From NCBI GenBank assembly GCA_043826455.1, contig JBDRQD010000002.1, forward strand, positions 26,181 to 90,180: a stretch of DNA of 64,000 nucleotides, given 5' to 3'. The notes below the pieces were generated by a model. That model worked only from the letters and a program-made list of their open reading frames with translations. It was not told the DNA's origin and did no database searches. Made by a program: the position numbers and the translations under genes. Positions within the stretch are counted from its first letter, which is position 1; each line of letters opens with the position of its first letter. Positions 38,200 to 48,543 of the stretch are shown piece after piece. Source of the DNA: Candidatus Bathyarchaeota archaeon (GTDB lineage Archaea; Thermoproteota; Bathyarchaeia; TCS64).

Positions 38200-38514
38200 A
38201 TGAGGGTGATAGTGATAAACTACTTCGACTGGTCGGGTACAAGGGACGGGCTGATGCGATGGGTGGAATCAGTGAGGTCTGAGTGCGAGAAGAACAACGT
38301 GGGCTTCAAGGGCCTCTACGGGCCCAGCCAGGTCAAGTTCAACTGGTGCCTAATCCACGAGGTGGACGGCCAGGAGCAGTACCACAGGACGTGGAGAGGG
38401 CTGACCATCCCCACTGAGGTGACTCACCAGGTCATCCACTACTTCTGGCCTGACACATCCTTCGCCCGCGACCTCCCCAAGTACCCGCCCACCCACTTCT
38501 TCGACGTGGCCTAG
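38200..38514 (+). CDS. Hypothetical protein
   Basis: GGAGG upstream, host-like codon usage, 104 aa. Confidence 0.7.
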   Translation: MRVIVINYFDWSGTRDGLMRWVESVRSECEKNNVGFKGLYGPSQVKFNWCLIHEVDGQEQYHRTWRGLTIPTEVTHQVIHYFWPDTSFARDLPKYPPTHFFDVA

Positions 38515-38609
38515 ACCACTAGGTCCCCTTCTTTTGGCCTAGTAACAAGTTGTGACTACAGCTTGAGACTTCCACAGGTGAGTCTCCTTTAAAAAAGGAG
38601 GCGAATCCA

Positions 38610-39371
38610 TTGCCCTTGATGAACATGGATTACACGAAGCTACCTGTCACGGTCATCAGGGGCTCTGGGCGCGTCACGGTGCCCGGGCTCGGTGAAGTGA
38701 AGGCCTCGGGCCGCGCCGAGATCGGCCCTGACAGGGTTCATACCGGGGGCAGCTGCGTACTCCCCGGAGGAATAAAGGTCCGAGACCTGGACTCCAGTGG
38801 TTCACTTACCATCGAGGGGGACGCCGAAGCCGATACCATGTCTTTCAGTGGCTCCGCCAGCGTCCACGGCAGCCTCAAGTTTACCCAGCTATCCAAGTCG
38901 GGGAGCCTGAGGGTTGAGGGGGACGCCGATGGGGAAACCATGGAGGTCTCAGGCTCCACCACGGTGGAGGGCAGGGTGAAGGTTAGGGACCTCTACTCCT
39001 CCGGCAGCATCTCAGCCGAGAAGGGTATCGAGTCAGACGGCCACGTGAAGGTGAAGGGATGCATGAGGGCAGGCGGCGTCAAGGCGGGGAGGTTCGAGCT
39101 CATCATGAGCAACTCTGTGAGCAGGATCAGTGGGGGCGTTGAGGCGGACTTTATTCGGGTGGAGCCCAAGGGGTGGGGTGACGAAGGCGAGCTCATCACC
39201 GACTGGGTGAAGGGCGGGGAGGTCTACCTGGAGAACGTTGAGTGCGACACCGTCTCAGGAGACACAGTGTACATCGGTGACGGGTGCAGAGTCAACGGCA
39301 AGGTGACTTACACTCGTGATGTTCGCGTCAGCCCGAACGCGTTCCTGAGGGAGCAGCCCCAGAAAGCCTAA
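38610..39371 (+). CDS. Bactofilin-like / polymer-forming beta-helical protein
   Basis: Repeated SGS..V.G units, C-terminal G..VYIG.GC.V.GKV.Y. Confidence 0.75.
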   Translation: MPLMNMDYTKLPVTVIRGSGRVTVPGLGEVKASGRAEIGPDRVHTGGSCVLPGGIKVRDLDSSGSLTIEGDAEADTMSFSGSASVHGSLKFTQLSKSGSLRVEGDADGETMEVSGSTTVEGRVKVRDLYSSGSISAEKGIESDGHVKVKGCMRAGGVKAGRFELIMSNSVSRISGGVEADFIRVEPKGWGDEGELITDWVKGGEVYLENVECDTVSGDTVYIGDGCRVNGKVTYTRDVRVSPNAFLREQPQKA

Positions 39372-39407
39372 CCAGGTTAAGGAGAGGAGCAGGCGACGGC
39401 TGAGCAG

Positions 39408-40664
39408 ATGAAGGTCGAGAACGAGAAGGGTCCGGGGATTCTGGGCCGCATCCGCTCCGAGTTCAGCTTCATCGAGGGCAACTTCCTGGTCATGGTGGTG
39501 AGCTGGCTGGTCCTGGACTTTTTCGTGGAGCTCCCGGGCACATACTACGCCCTCTACGTGGAGGCTCTGGGGGGTACCGCCGCCATCATCGGCCTCATAG
39601 GGGCCGCCCAGTTGGTGGCCAGCGCCGTGGTCCAGATACCTGGAGGCTACCTGGCAGACAAGTACGGCAGGAAGTGGCTCATATGCACCATGACCTTCGT
39701 GGCGGCCCTTGCGAGGGTCTTCTACGTTGTGGCCCCCACCTGGGAGTGGATAATGGTGGGCGCGGTCATAAGCGGCTTCGTGGCAATCTACCAGCCGGCC
39801 CTCAACGCCATAGTGGCCGACTCCCTACCCAAAGAAAAACGGGGCATGGGTTTCAGCATCATCAACCTCATCGCCAGCGTCTCCACGACGCCTGCGCCTC
39901 TCCTGGCGGGGTATCTGCTATCATTATACGGGCTTGTGCCCAGCCAGAGGCTCATCTACAAGCTGGTGATAGCCGGATTCATGGTGGCCGCTGTGCTGAG
40001 GCTCAGGCTCAAGGAGACCGTGGCGAACCCAGCCAAGATCAGCGCCGGCGAGCTGCTGCGGGAATACCCGGCCAGCCTCCGGGAGAGCATAAACGTGTGG
40101 AGGCTGGTGCCCGCCTCTGCCTTCGTCCTGTTCCTAGTAAACGTGGCTACGAACTTCATGACGGGGCTGTTCACCCCCATACTCACCCTCTACATGATAA
40201 AGGACCTGGGCATCAGCGAGATCAGCTTCAGCTACATCATGACGGCCCTGCCCGTGTCCATGATAATCCTGGCCCTGCCCGCCGGGAAGCTGCTGGACGT
40301 GGTGGGCAAGAAGAAGCCAATCATGGCAGCATTCGCCCTGTGGCCCGTCGCCATAGCCCTCCTGGTGTACGGGGACTTCTACAGGCTCCTGGCCGCCATG
40401 GTGCTGGTGGGGCTCATCATGGTCATGGCAAACAGCGCCATAGGGGCTCTTACGGCGGACCTGGTGCCCAGCGAGCACAGGGGCAAGGTGAACGGCTCCA
40501 AAGGCTTCTTCGGCCTCCTGGCGGCCTCAGCCGGGAACCTGTTGAGTGGCTGGATGTACGACAACGTGAGCCACCAGCTCCCCTTCCTCATCCAGATAGG
40601 GCTGGCGGTTGTACCCTTCCTTATGGTGTGGTTCTGGGTGGAGGAGCCGGCCCACGTAGAGTAG
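39408..40664 (+). CDS. MFS transporter
   Basis: GGYLADKYGRK, GKLLDVVGKK; same subfamily as 36868-38136. Confidence 0.9.
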   Translation: MKVENEKGPGILGRIRSEFSFIEGNFLVMVVSWLVLDFFVELPGTYYALYVEALGGTAAIIGLIGAAQLVASAVVQIPGGYLADKYGRKWLICTMTFVAALARVFYVVAPTWEWIMVGAVISGFVAIYQPALNAIVADSLPKEKRGMGFSIINLIASVSTTPAPLLAGYLLSLYGLVPSQRLIYKLVIAGFMVAAVLRLRLKETVANPAKISAGELLREYPASLRESINVWRLVPASAFVLFLVNVATNFMTGLFTPILTLYMIKDLGISEISFSYIMTALPVSMIILALPAGKLLDVVGKKKPIMAAFALWPVAIALLVYGDFYRLLAAMVLVGLIMVMANSAIGALTADLVPSEHRGKVNGSKGFFGLLAASAGNLLSGWMYDNVSHQLPFLIQIGLAVVPFLMVWFWVEEPAHVE

Positions 40665-40669
40665 AGCCT

Positions 40670-41341
40670 CTACACCATGCCCTTTTTCTTCAGGTAGCCT
40701 GGTAGCTCGGCAACGCTCTTGAGTATGGTGTCGGGGTCCGCGGCGCTTAGCCTCTGAATGCTCTGGGTTCCCGTGAGCACCCCTATGGTGTGGGCGCCGG
40801 CGTTGCGGCCCTCCTCGATGCCTATCGCAGTGTCATCCACCTTGATCACTTCCTTGGGGTCTTTCACGCCGTGCTGCTTCATTGCGTACAGGATCATGGC
40901 GGGGTCAGGCCTGCTGGCCCCCACAATCTCACTACAAACCCAGCCATCTACTAGGCCCCTGCTCCGCCAGCCCAGGCGGTCCACTATGGCCTCCGCCACC
41001 TCGGCGGGGAACCCTGAGCCTGTGACCACCTTGACTCCCCTTTCTTTCAGGAACTTGAAGGCCTCAGAAACGCCCTTTATTTCCTTCACCTTCCCCGTGT
41101 TCTCGTTGAGGGCTTTCAGGAAGTCGCCGTATATGGCCTCGGCTTTGTCACCGCCCAGCTCACTGATGACCGTCCACTTATCTCGGCCCCTCTGCTCGTT
41201 GAGCACCTCCATGGGCACCGAGACGCCGTGCGCCTTGAAGGCGTCGTCGTAGCACTTCAGCACCAGGGGTACGCCGTCCACCAGGTCGTCCACCGTGGTG
41301 CCGGCCATGTCGAAGACCCCCAACCTGATTTTCTTGACCAT
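40670..41341 (-). CDS. HAD hydrolase, phosphonatase (PhnX)-like
   Basis: FDMAGTTVD, RPDPAMI, KVDDT..GIEEG.NAG. Confidence 0.85.
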   Translation of the reverse strand: MVKKIRLGVFDMAGTTVDDLVDGVPLVLKCYDDAFKAHGVSVPMEVLNEQRGRDKWTVISELGGDKAEAIYGDFLKALNENTGKVKEIKGVSEAFKFLKERGVKVVTGSGFPAEVAEAIVDRLGWRSRGLVDGWVCSEIVGASRPDPAMILYAMKQHGVKDPKEVIKVDDTAIGIEEGRNAGAHTIGVLTGTQSIQRLSAADPDTILKSVAELPGYLKKKGMV

Positions 41342-41857
41342 CTAGACTTCCTCCACTATCTCCTCTATGGGCTTCCTCTTAGTGTTGGCGGTGAAGCCCT
41401 GCTTGTCAGGGTAGCCGAGGGGGGTGACAGCCACCACATGCTGATCCTCAGGAAGTCCCAAGACCTCCTTGACCTTACCGTTGTCGAAGTCGCCGATCCA
41501 GCAGGTGCCCAGACCCTCGGCCCGAGCCGCCAGCACCAGGTGGGTGAAGGCGATGCTCACGTCCAATATGAAGCTCATCTCCCCCATGTAGCCGCCCCTG
41601 TTGAAGTGTATATCCCAGCCCACGGCCACGATGACCACCGGAGCCTGGGCTATCCAGGTCTGGCCTCCGCAAGCCTCAGCCACCCTCCGCCGCTTCTCCT
41701 CGTACTTGACCACGTAGAACTTCCACATCTGCCTGTTACTACCGCTGGGGGCCACCCTGGCCGCCTCTAGAACCCGCTCCAAGGAAGTCTGGGGCACAGT
41801 GTCGGCCTTGTAGCTCCTTATGCTCCTCCGGGTCCTGACAACCTCGTAGAACTCCAT
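41342..41857 (-). CDS. Nitroreductase family protein
   Basis: RRSIRSY, APSGSN.Q.W, GLGTCWIG, LGYP. Confidence 0.93.
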   Translation of the reverse strand: MEFYEVVRTRRSIRSYKADTVPQTSLERVLEAARVAPSGSNRQMWKFYVVKYEEKRRRVAEACGGQTWIAQAPVVIVAVGWDIHFNRGGYMGEMSFILDVSIAFTHLVLAARAEGLGTCWIGDFDNGKVKEVLGLPEDQHVVAVTPLGYPDKQGFTANTKRKPIEEIVEEV

Positions 41858-41957
41858 AGCAGGGACATAGTGATTCAGGCTGTATTTAGACCCATATGCG
41901 GTGAAACGCTCCCAGATACTGCTATAAGGTATGTGGTGAGGTTACGATCGTGGTACC

Positions 41958-42983
41958 ATGGATTATTTTGAGTCACTGAAGAAGTACACTGAGCTGGCTG
42001 GCCCCATCGGCTACGAGAACAGGGTCCAGGAGATGTTCATGGGGGACATAGAGCCCTACGCCGAGGATGTCATGCAGACTAACGTGGGTAACGTCATCGC
42101 CCACATCGGCGGAGAAGGCAGGAAGGTGGTGGCCTTCGGCCACGCAGACGAGCTAGCCTACTACGTCCTCAGCGTCACCGACGACGGGTTCCTCCACATC
42201 AGCCGCGGTCGGGCGGACAAGCTTAGCTACCCCTACACCCTGGTGGGCCAGAAGGCCCTAGTCCTGGGCGACAGTGGTGACGTCCGAGGCGCCTTCGTTA
42301 GCGCCACCGGTCACATCTTGGGACCCCAGGACCGGGACAAGCCCCTGGAGCCGTGGGGGGTGCTGGTGGACATCGGCGTTGACAACAAGGAGGACGTGGA
42401 GAAGATGGGGGTCCACGTGGGGTCCCCCATTATCTGGAACCCGGAGACGGAGAGAGTCGGCGACAAGGTGTTCGGTAAGGCCATGGACGACAGGTTCACC
42501 CATCCAGTCATGATCGAGCTGGCGAAGCGTCTGCAGGGTAAGGACCTGAACTGTGACCTCTACATAGCCTCCACCGTTCAGGAGGAGATAGGGTCCAAGG
42601 GGGCCCTGGACCTGGCCCGCCACGGCTTCGACGTGAGCCTAGCCCTGGACATCGGTATCGCCGGCGACTATCCGACGCTGCCCAAGGACAGGATGCCCAT
42701 AAGGCTTGGCGCCGGCCCCGTCATAGTGTACAGGGACGCGTCCATAGTCTACAACGTGGACATCATCAAGGAGCTCCGGGAAGCCGCGGAGAGGAACGGC
42801 GTCCCCTACCAGCACGGCATCTTTGAGCACTACGGCAGCGACAGCGCCAACATGGTGGCGGGTGGCGCGAGGCCCAACCTCCTCTGCGTGCCCTGCAGGT
42901 ACAGCCACAGCCCGGTGGAGATGATCCATTTGGGGGATGTGGAGAACCTGGTCAAGCTACTGACCCACTACGTGACAGCGTAA
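41958..42983 (+). CDS. M42 (TET-like) aminopeptidase
   Basis: GHADE, KAMDDR, VQEEIG, D, RYSHSPVE. Confidence 0.9.
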   Translation: MDYFESLKKYTELAGPIGYENRVQEMFMGDIEPYAEDVMQTNVGNVIAHIGGEGRKVVAFGHADELAYYVLSVTDDGFLHISRGRADKLSYPYTLVGQKALVLGDSGDVRGAFVSATGHILGPQDRDKPLEPWGVLVDIGVDNKEDVEKMGVHVGSPIIWNPETERVGDKVFGKAMDDRFTHPVMIELAKRLQGKDLNCDLYIASTVQEEIGSKGALDLARHGFDVSLALDIGIAGDYPTLPKDRMPIRLGAGPVIVYRDASIVYNVDIIKELREAAERNGVPYQHGIFEHYGSDSANMVAGGARPNLLCVPCRYSHSPVEMIHLGDVENLVKLLTHYVTA

Positions 42984-43016
42984 CCTCTATCTTCACTTCT
43001 CCCATATTCTATTGCC

Positions 43017-44027
43017 GTGAAGCAGAGAGAGTTCCTGGCACCCGTTCTCATAGTGATGATCCTTGGTGCGTGGGCCCTGTTCACCTATTGGCCTGAGCAG
43101 CCAGCCCAGCAGCCTGAATCAACGATCACAGGTGAACAATGGTCCCCAGTCACCGGCTTCAAGGAGGTAAACCCCTACCCCCTCTACGTGGCCACCTACG
43201 TCGCCGACTACAGACTCGACGAGTACATCAGAACGGGCAGTTACTCGGCTTCCATGATCCGGGGCTCACCTGGCTGCACCTGCTTCTACGCCTCAGGCAG
43301 TAAGCTGTACGGCAGGAACTTTGACTTCCCCGCAAACCCGGCTCTACTCCTCTTCACCCAACCAGGTGACGGGTACGCCAGCGTCTCCATGGTGGACCTG
43401 GGCTACTTCGGGTACAGTCTGGGCAACCTGCCGGACGGCGGCAGCCTGGAGAGCCTGGTCACGGCTCCTTACATGCCCTTCGACGGGATGAACGAGGCCG
43501 GCCTCGTTGTGGCCATGGCGGCCATATCCCACGCTGAGCCGCCGAGAGACCCAGGGAAGGTAACGCTCGACGAGATAGGGGTCATACGGCTGCTGCTGGA
43601 CAGGGCCGCCACCGTGGAGGAAGCGCTGGGGCTCCTGGGCGAGTACAACGTGCAGATGGTGGACCCCCCCATCCACTACCTGGTGGCCGACAAGACGGGG
43701 GAGTCAGCTCTCATAGAGTTCCTAGGCGGCGAGATGCGGGTCATCAGGAGATCAGGGTTCCAGGTAATGACCAACTTCCTGGTCACGGAGACTGACATGG
43801 CCGGAGGAACACCGTGCAGCAGGTATAACCTCGTCCACCGGAGCCTCTCCGAGGCGCAAGGCACGGTGACCCTCGAAGGGACCTTGGAGCTGCTTCAGGG
43901 CGCATCCCAGGACAGCACCATATGGTCCACAGTGTATGATCCTGTGAAGCTGGAGATCCACGTAGCCATGGGGCGAGGGTACAGCTGCGTCCACACCTTC
44001 AGGCTGAACTCAACGGAGCCCCGATGA
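43017..44027 (+). CDS. Membrane-anchored Ntn hydrolase (choloylglycine hydrolase/C45-like)
   Basis: N-terminal TM, GCTCF nucleophile, GRNFD, DGMNEAGL, TNF, T.WS.VYD. Confidence 0.85.
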   Translation: MKQREFLAPVLIVMILGAWALFTYWPEQPAQQPESTITGEQWSPVTGFKEVNPYPLYVATYVADYRLDEYIRTGSYSASMIRGSPGCTCFYASGSKLYGRNFDFPANPALLLFTQPGDGYASVSMVDLGYFGYSLGNLPDGGSLESLVTAPYMPFDGMNEAGLVVAMAAISHAEPPRDPGKVTLDEIGVIRLLLDRAATVEEALGLLGEYNVQMVDPPIHYLVADKTGESALIEFLGGEMRVIRRSGFQVMTNFLVTETDMAGGTPCSRYNLVHRSLSEAQGTVTLEGTLELLQGASQDSTIWSTVYDPVKLEIHVAMGRGYSCVHTFRLNSTEPR

Positions 44028-44035
44028 AGCACTCG

Positions 44036-44719
44036 CTACGAGTTCAGCGCGTAGTCCAGGGCGGCCTCCACGTGGATGTCCACTGTGTCCAGCAGCGGCA
44101 GACGGCTGTCGCCCGTTCTCAGCAGCAGGGGCAGCTCCGTGCACCCCAGGATCACGCCGTCCACGGGGTAAGCCTCCATGATGTCCAGGAGCCTTCTCCG
44201 GGTCTCATCCCTGTGAACCCCCACCACAAGCTCCTTGAACACTATGCGGTCCACCTCGTCCTGCTCCTGCTCCGTGGGCGTCACTACATGAATGCCGTGC
44301 CTCCGACCCGCCTCCTGGTAGAAGGCGCTCCGCATGGTGAACTTGATGCCTAGAAGGAGAAGCCGCCTGAGGCCCAGGCCGCTCGCCTTCCGCAGCGTCG
44401 CCTCGGCTATGCTCAGCACGGGGACCTTGGCCTGCTGTGACACCTGCATGTGGACGGCGTGGGGCGAGTTGGCGGCCATCACTATGAACTCGGCTCCGGC
44501 CGCTTCAAGGCCTCTCACCCCCTGCATTATGTAGCCTATGTAGGCGTCCATGTCTGTGTTCTCGTGGTCGGTGAACCGCTGGAAGTCCAGGCTGTAGACC
44601 ACCACCTCAGGGTAATGGTAGTCGCACCGTCTGGCGTAGTACTTCTCATGGATTAGGCTGTAGTACTTAGCTGTGGACTCGTGGCTTATGCCGCCTAGGA
44701 CGCCTATCCTCTTAGCCAT
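44036..44719 (-). CDS. Aspartate/glutamate racemase family protein (single Cys)
   Basis: IGVLGG, AANSPH, LGCTELP. Confidence 0.9.
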   Translation of the reverse strand: MAKRIGVLGGISHESTAKYYSLIHEKYYARRCDYHYPEVVVYSLDFQRFTDHENTDMDAYIGYIMQGVRGLEAAGAEFIVMAANSPHAVHMQVSQQAKVPVLSIAEATLRKASGLGLRRLLLLGIKFTMRSAFYQEAGRRHGIHVVTPTEQEQDEVDRIVFKELVVGVHRDETRRRLLDIMEAYPVDGVILGCTELPLLLRTGDSRLPLLDTVDIHVEAALDYALNS

Positions 44720-44750
44720 GGGTACCGTATGGGCGCCCGGTGTTAAGTCA

Positions 44751-46022
44751 CTAACGGGTGTCGAAGAACGCGGAGTACATCTTCCCTATGACCTCACCTT
44801 CGGGGGTCATGACCCCTATCACCAGCCGCAGGGTCTCGAACCTGGGGCCCGTGAGCCTTAGGGTGTCCCACCGGGACTCTTTGAAGGCTAGGTTGAAGGA
44901 GGCGCTCTGGGCCTCAGCCCTTATGAAGCCGCCCTGGTCCTCCAGGGCCACCCAGACCCTGTAGCCCTGAGCCGGCAGCCGACCCTCGTTGGTGGACTTT
45001 ACCTGCATGGTCACCTTCTCGTTTCTCCGGGTGGCTGACCAGCCCTGGTAGATGTAGGGTGTCACTCCCACGGGGAACACCTCCGCGGCCTCGTAGCTGA
45101 ACCCCGCTGGGACCTTGCCTATGTCCCAGCCACCGGTCGTGGTCTCCAGGTAGTAGTAGGTCACGTTGTTCACGGTCCAGTGGACCCCCGTGGCGTTCAC
45201 CTCCAGCCCCACGGCCATGTGGTTGGGCAGCAGAAGCAGGGACACGTTGTAGCCCATGGACTCCAGGAGGCTGGCCATGAGTATGCTGGTGTCCTCGCAG
45301 TCGCCTCCCCCGTCCACCAGGGTCTCCGCAGGGAACTTGGGGTACTCCCCCTGGCCCACGGAGGCGGGGTCCGAGACGTACTCCATGCTCTGGACAAAGG
45401 ATATCATCAGCCTGAGCCGCTCCTCGTCATTAAGCCCCTCCTCCACCTGGATGACGGCAAACTCCCTAACAAGGACCGCCACGTAGGCGTCGTCGTAGGG
45501 GTGGAGGACGTAGCCCCTGTAGTCCGTGGTGGTGAACCGTTCCTTGCCACTGTAATAGCTGTACAGGGCCTCTGGCACCTTGACGGTGACGGTCCGCTCC
45601 ACGCCCTCCCAGGTCCACGTGTACGTCTTCTCTATTACAGGTATTGAGTCTGGGGAAAAACCGAGCCCCCCGAACGCGGCCTCATAGTCGCTCAGCAGGG
45701 ACTCGTACTCGGATGTAAGCTGCTGGTACTGGTCCCGCAGCGTTCCGTGCTCACCCACAAGCGTCTCATAGTCCTCGGACAGGCTGTCATACTCGCCTTG
45801 GAGCGTGTGAAGCTGCTGCAGCAGCTCCTCATGCTCGTCCGTTAACGTGTTGAACTCAGCGTTTAGGGCCGCGAGGTTCGCCTGGAGGCCGTCCACGGTG
45901 CTCTGCAGTCCCTCTATCTGGGGCGTGAGCACCGTGTAGATGTATGCGAACCCTGCGCCCCCGCCGAGGATGACGCCTATGAGTAAGGCTCCTAGTGTCT
46001 TCGCGCTCAAGACAGGCTTCAA
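44751..46022 (-). CDS. Membrane-anchored coiled-coil plus transglutaminase-like protein
   Basis: TM, heptad repeats, GDCED / HMAVG / YLETT triad region. Confidence 0.85.
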   Translation of the reverse strand: MKPVLSAKTLGALLIGVILGGGAGFAYIYTVLTPQIEGLQSTVDGLQANLAALNAEFNTLTDEHEELLQQLHTLQGEYDSLSEDYETLVGEHGTLRDQYQQLTSEYESLLSDYEAAFGGLGFSPDSIPVIEKTYTWTWEGVERTVTVKVPEALYSYYSGKERFTTTDYRGYVLHPYDDAYVAVLVREFAVIQVEEGLNDEERLRLMISFVQSMEYVSDPASVGQGEYPKFPAETLVDGGGDCEDTSILMASLLESMGYNVSLLLLPNHMAVGLEVNATGVHWTVNNVTYYYLETTTGGWDIGKVPAGFSYEAAEVFPVGVTPYIYQGWSATRRNEKVTMQVKSTNEGRLPAQGYRVWVALEDQGGFIRAEAQSASFNLAFKESRWDTLRLTGPRFETLRLVIGVMTPEGEVIGKMYSAFFDTR

Positions 46023-46070
46023 GGCGTCGGACCACTATAAAGGAATATGCAAGGCTGGTATGGAGCCCAG

Positions 46071-46592
46071 CTACATGCCCACGCCGGGTGTCCTGTACCG
46101 TTTCTCCCACTCGGCCCTCATGACGATGTCCCGGGGGTCCCTGAGGTGGTCGCTGCACACCACGCCGTCCAGGTGGTCGATCTCGTGCTGCAGCAGCTCG
46201 CTCATCCCGTCCCGGAACTCTTCCACGTGCTCGCCGCCCAGCTCATCAAGGAAGCGTACCCTGATGGCCTTGCTGCGGGGTATCTTGACGAAGAAGGCCG
46301 CCTCCAGGCTGAAGCAGCTGTCCCACACCTCGAAGGTCTCGGCACTAATCCACTCCACCACCGGGTTCACCAGGTAGAAGCTCCTCTCAGGCATCTGGAC
46401 ATAGACGACGCGCCTCCTGTACCCGATCTGGGGCGCAGCTATGCCACGGCCCATGCCATAGGTCTCCTGATGCCTTGTTAGGGTGTCCTTAAGGTCCAGG
46501 AGGATGGGTCTCAGCTCGTCGAGGTCCTCCACGGGCTCGGACCTCTCCCTCAGCCTCGGGTCGCCCAGGAGGACGGTGTCTCTCACCACCAT
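46071..46592 (-). CDS. def: Peptide deformylase family protein
   Basis: GIAAPQIG, DSCFS (EGCLS variant), QHEIDHLDG. Confidence 0.88.
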   Translation of the reverse strand: MVVRDTVLLGDPRLRERSEPVEDLDELRPILLDLKDTLTRHQETYGMGRGIAAPQIGYRRRVVYVQMPERSFYLVNPVVEWISAETFEVWDSCFSLEAAFFVKIPRSKAIRVRFLDELGGEHVEEFRDGMSELLQHEIDHLDGVVCSDHLRDPRDIVMRAEWEKRYRTPGVGM

Positions 46593-46670
46593 GGGTGACA
46601 GGAGGCTATCAAGCCTTATAACCTGTGCCCGGTGGGGAACGCATAAAACGTGAGAAGCAACGACATAACC

Positions 46671-47483
46671 ATGGACCCTGTGCCTTTCTACCAGGTGGAC
46701 GCCTTCACGGACAAGCCCTTCAGGGGAAACCCTGCGGCCATCTGCCTCATGAGCACCCGGCTTGAAGACAGCCTGTGCCTGGACATCGCAGCCGAGATGA
46801 ACCTGAGCGAGACAGCCTTCGCCGAGGAGGAGTCCGAGGGAGTCTACAGGCTCAGGTGGTTCACCCCCCGGCGCGAGGTGCCCCTATGCGGCCACGCCAC
46901 CCTGGCCTGCGCCCACGTAGTCTTCACTGAGCTAGGCTACCGGGGCCCCGCTATAACTTTCAAGACCCTATCGGGGGAGCTCTACGCCTACAGGGACCCT
47001 GGCGGCGTCCTCATGGACTTCCCCCGGAACGACCCTGAGCCCGTGGAGCCTATACCTGGCATACTGGCGGGGCTGGGAGTGGAGAGACCTCTTGATTTCC
47101 AGTACAGCTACTCTAACCAGAAGCTGGTGGTGGAGGTGGAGGACGAAGAGGCTGTCAAGGCTGTGTCCCCCGACTTCCGCAGCCTCCTCTCTGTGGAGAA
47201 CACCCTTGGGTGGAGGGGCGTCGTAGTGACCTCCAGGTCCAGGGACTACGACTTCGTCTCCAGGTACTTCGCTCCCTGGATGGGTGTGGACGAGGACCCC
47301 GTCACTGGCTCAGCCCACACGGTTCTGGCTCCATACTGGGCGGCGAAGCTGGGTAGAACAAGCCTGAGGGCTTACCAGGCGTCGAGAAGAGGAGGTAGCC
47401 TGCGCCTGGAGCTCGGTGATCGGGTGAAGATGGTTGGTGGCTGCGTCACCGTCGTGCGGGGCTTCCTCGAATTCAGCTCTTAA
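46671..47483 (+). CDS. PhzF family epimerase
   Basis: QVDAFT..GNPA, NLSETAF, EVPLCGHATL, EDPVTGSAH. Confidence 0.93.
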   Translation: MDPVPFYQVDAFTDKPFRGNPAAICLMSTRLEDSLCLDIAAEMNLSETAFAEEESEGVYRLRWFTPRREVPLCGHATLACAHVVFTELGYRGPAITFKTLSGELYAYRDPGGVLMDFPRNDPEPVEPIPGILAGLGVERPLDFQYSYSNQKLVVEVEDEEAVKAVSPDFRSLLSVENTLGWRGVVVTSRSRDYDFVSRYFAPWMGVDEDPVTGSAHTVLAPYWAAKLGRTSLRAYQASRRGGSLRLELGDRVKMVGGCVTVVRGFLEFSS

Positions 47484-48051
47484 CCAGCTTTATGCCTGTC
47501 TTGGCCGCCGAGGCGACGACACAGAAGCCCAGAACCACGAGGCTGAGGCCTGACAGGAACCTCAGCTCCCCCGCAAGGGGCAGCTTCATGCCCATAAGGG
47601 TACGGTACTCTCTGAAGATGTAGTCCAGGGTCATGTAAAACCCGTTCATGAGGCAGGCCCCGGCCAAGACCAGCAGGGTGATTCCCCACATCCGCTTCTC
47701 CGAGGAAAGATCCAATCCAAGAGACGTAGCGGCCTGGGCCTGAATGGCCGCTGGCGGCTTATCCTCCTCCTCGAAGGCGTAGGGTGTCTCCTCAGGCGCC
47801 GCCTCCTTCACTTTTCTGCGGGGGATCTTGCTCTTCAACCCCTTTAGGGCGCCCAGGTTGACGCCTCTGAGGGCCCCCAGGAGGCTTCTACGGGGCTTGG
47901 CCTCCGGCTCCTCATAGTCGTAAGGGTAATCATCATCCGGCTGAGCTTCCACTCTCGGGGGTCTGGGCCGGCTTACGCTCTTGTTCATGTACACTATCAT
48001 GAGGGCCGTCCACAGGGGGATCAGTCCGCCGACTAGAAGCACCCAGTTCAA
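47473..48051 (-). CDS. Hypothetical membrane protein
   Basis: Three TM segments with a Pro/charged linker. Confidence 0.65.
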   Translation of the reverse strand: MNWVLLVGGLIPLWTALMIVYMNKSVSRPRPPRVEAQPDDDYPYDYEEPEAKPRRSLLGALRGVNLGALKGLKSKIPRRKVKEAAPEETPYAFEEEDKPPAAIQAQAATSLGLDLSSEKRMWGITLLVLAGACLMNGFYMTLDYIFREYRTLMGMKLPLAGELRFLSGLSLVVLGFCVVASAAKTGIKLVKS

Positions 48052-48291
48052 GTCTACCAGACGAGAAGTGGTGGGGGTTGTTTAAACCCTATATGGAACC
48101 ATGTTAGGGATTCGGTTTCAATGAACCTGGTTTATTGGTCTAGTAGGCTGAAGTGTCCTATAATGCCCGTTTTTCCTCTACCGTAACATATTATAGACGT
48201 TCACGGGAAATCGCCCCGGTCTCCCCGAATATTATCCGCGTTTTGAAAGAATTGTCGGAATACATTCGAAGGATTTATATGCGTCAATGCG

Positions 48292-48534
48292 ATGTATTCT
48301 CCCGCAAAACTGGAATTAACTGAAATGTTTTTGCACAATATCAATGCCTCTGTGAGGCATTTTGTGGTGTTCACCTTACCTTTCTACCTTTTCCTGTTCC
48401 TCAACAACGAGATGAATGAGAGGGTCGCCCCCCATCTGACCCGAACCAACTTTGAGCTGGCAGCCATCAGCTTGGCCCTGGGCCTATTCATGGCCTTCAT
48501 ATATAGGCTACCCACAAAGGTGAACTATAGGTAG
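48292..48534 (+). CDS. Small hypothetical membrane protein
   Basis: Two hydrophobic segments, 9 bp before the antiporter; start may be ATG 48324. Confidence 0.45.
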   Translation: MYSPAKLELTEMFLHNINASVRHFVVFTLPFYLFLFLNNEMNERVAPHLTRTNFELAAISLALGLFMAFIYRLPTKVNYR

Positions 48535-48543
48535 AGTGGTCTG

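Noticed and set aside
39674..40705. 343-aa alternative-frame ORF
   Set aside because: Out-of-frame shadow inside the MFS gene with Arg/Gly/Pro-biased composition.
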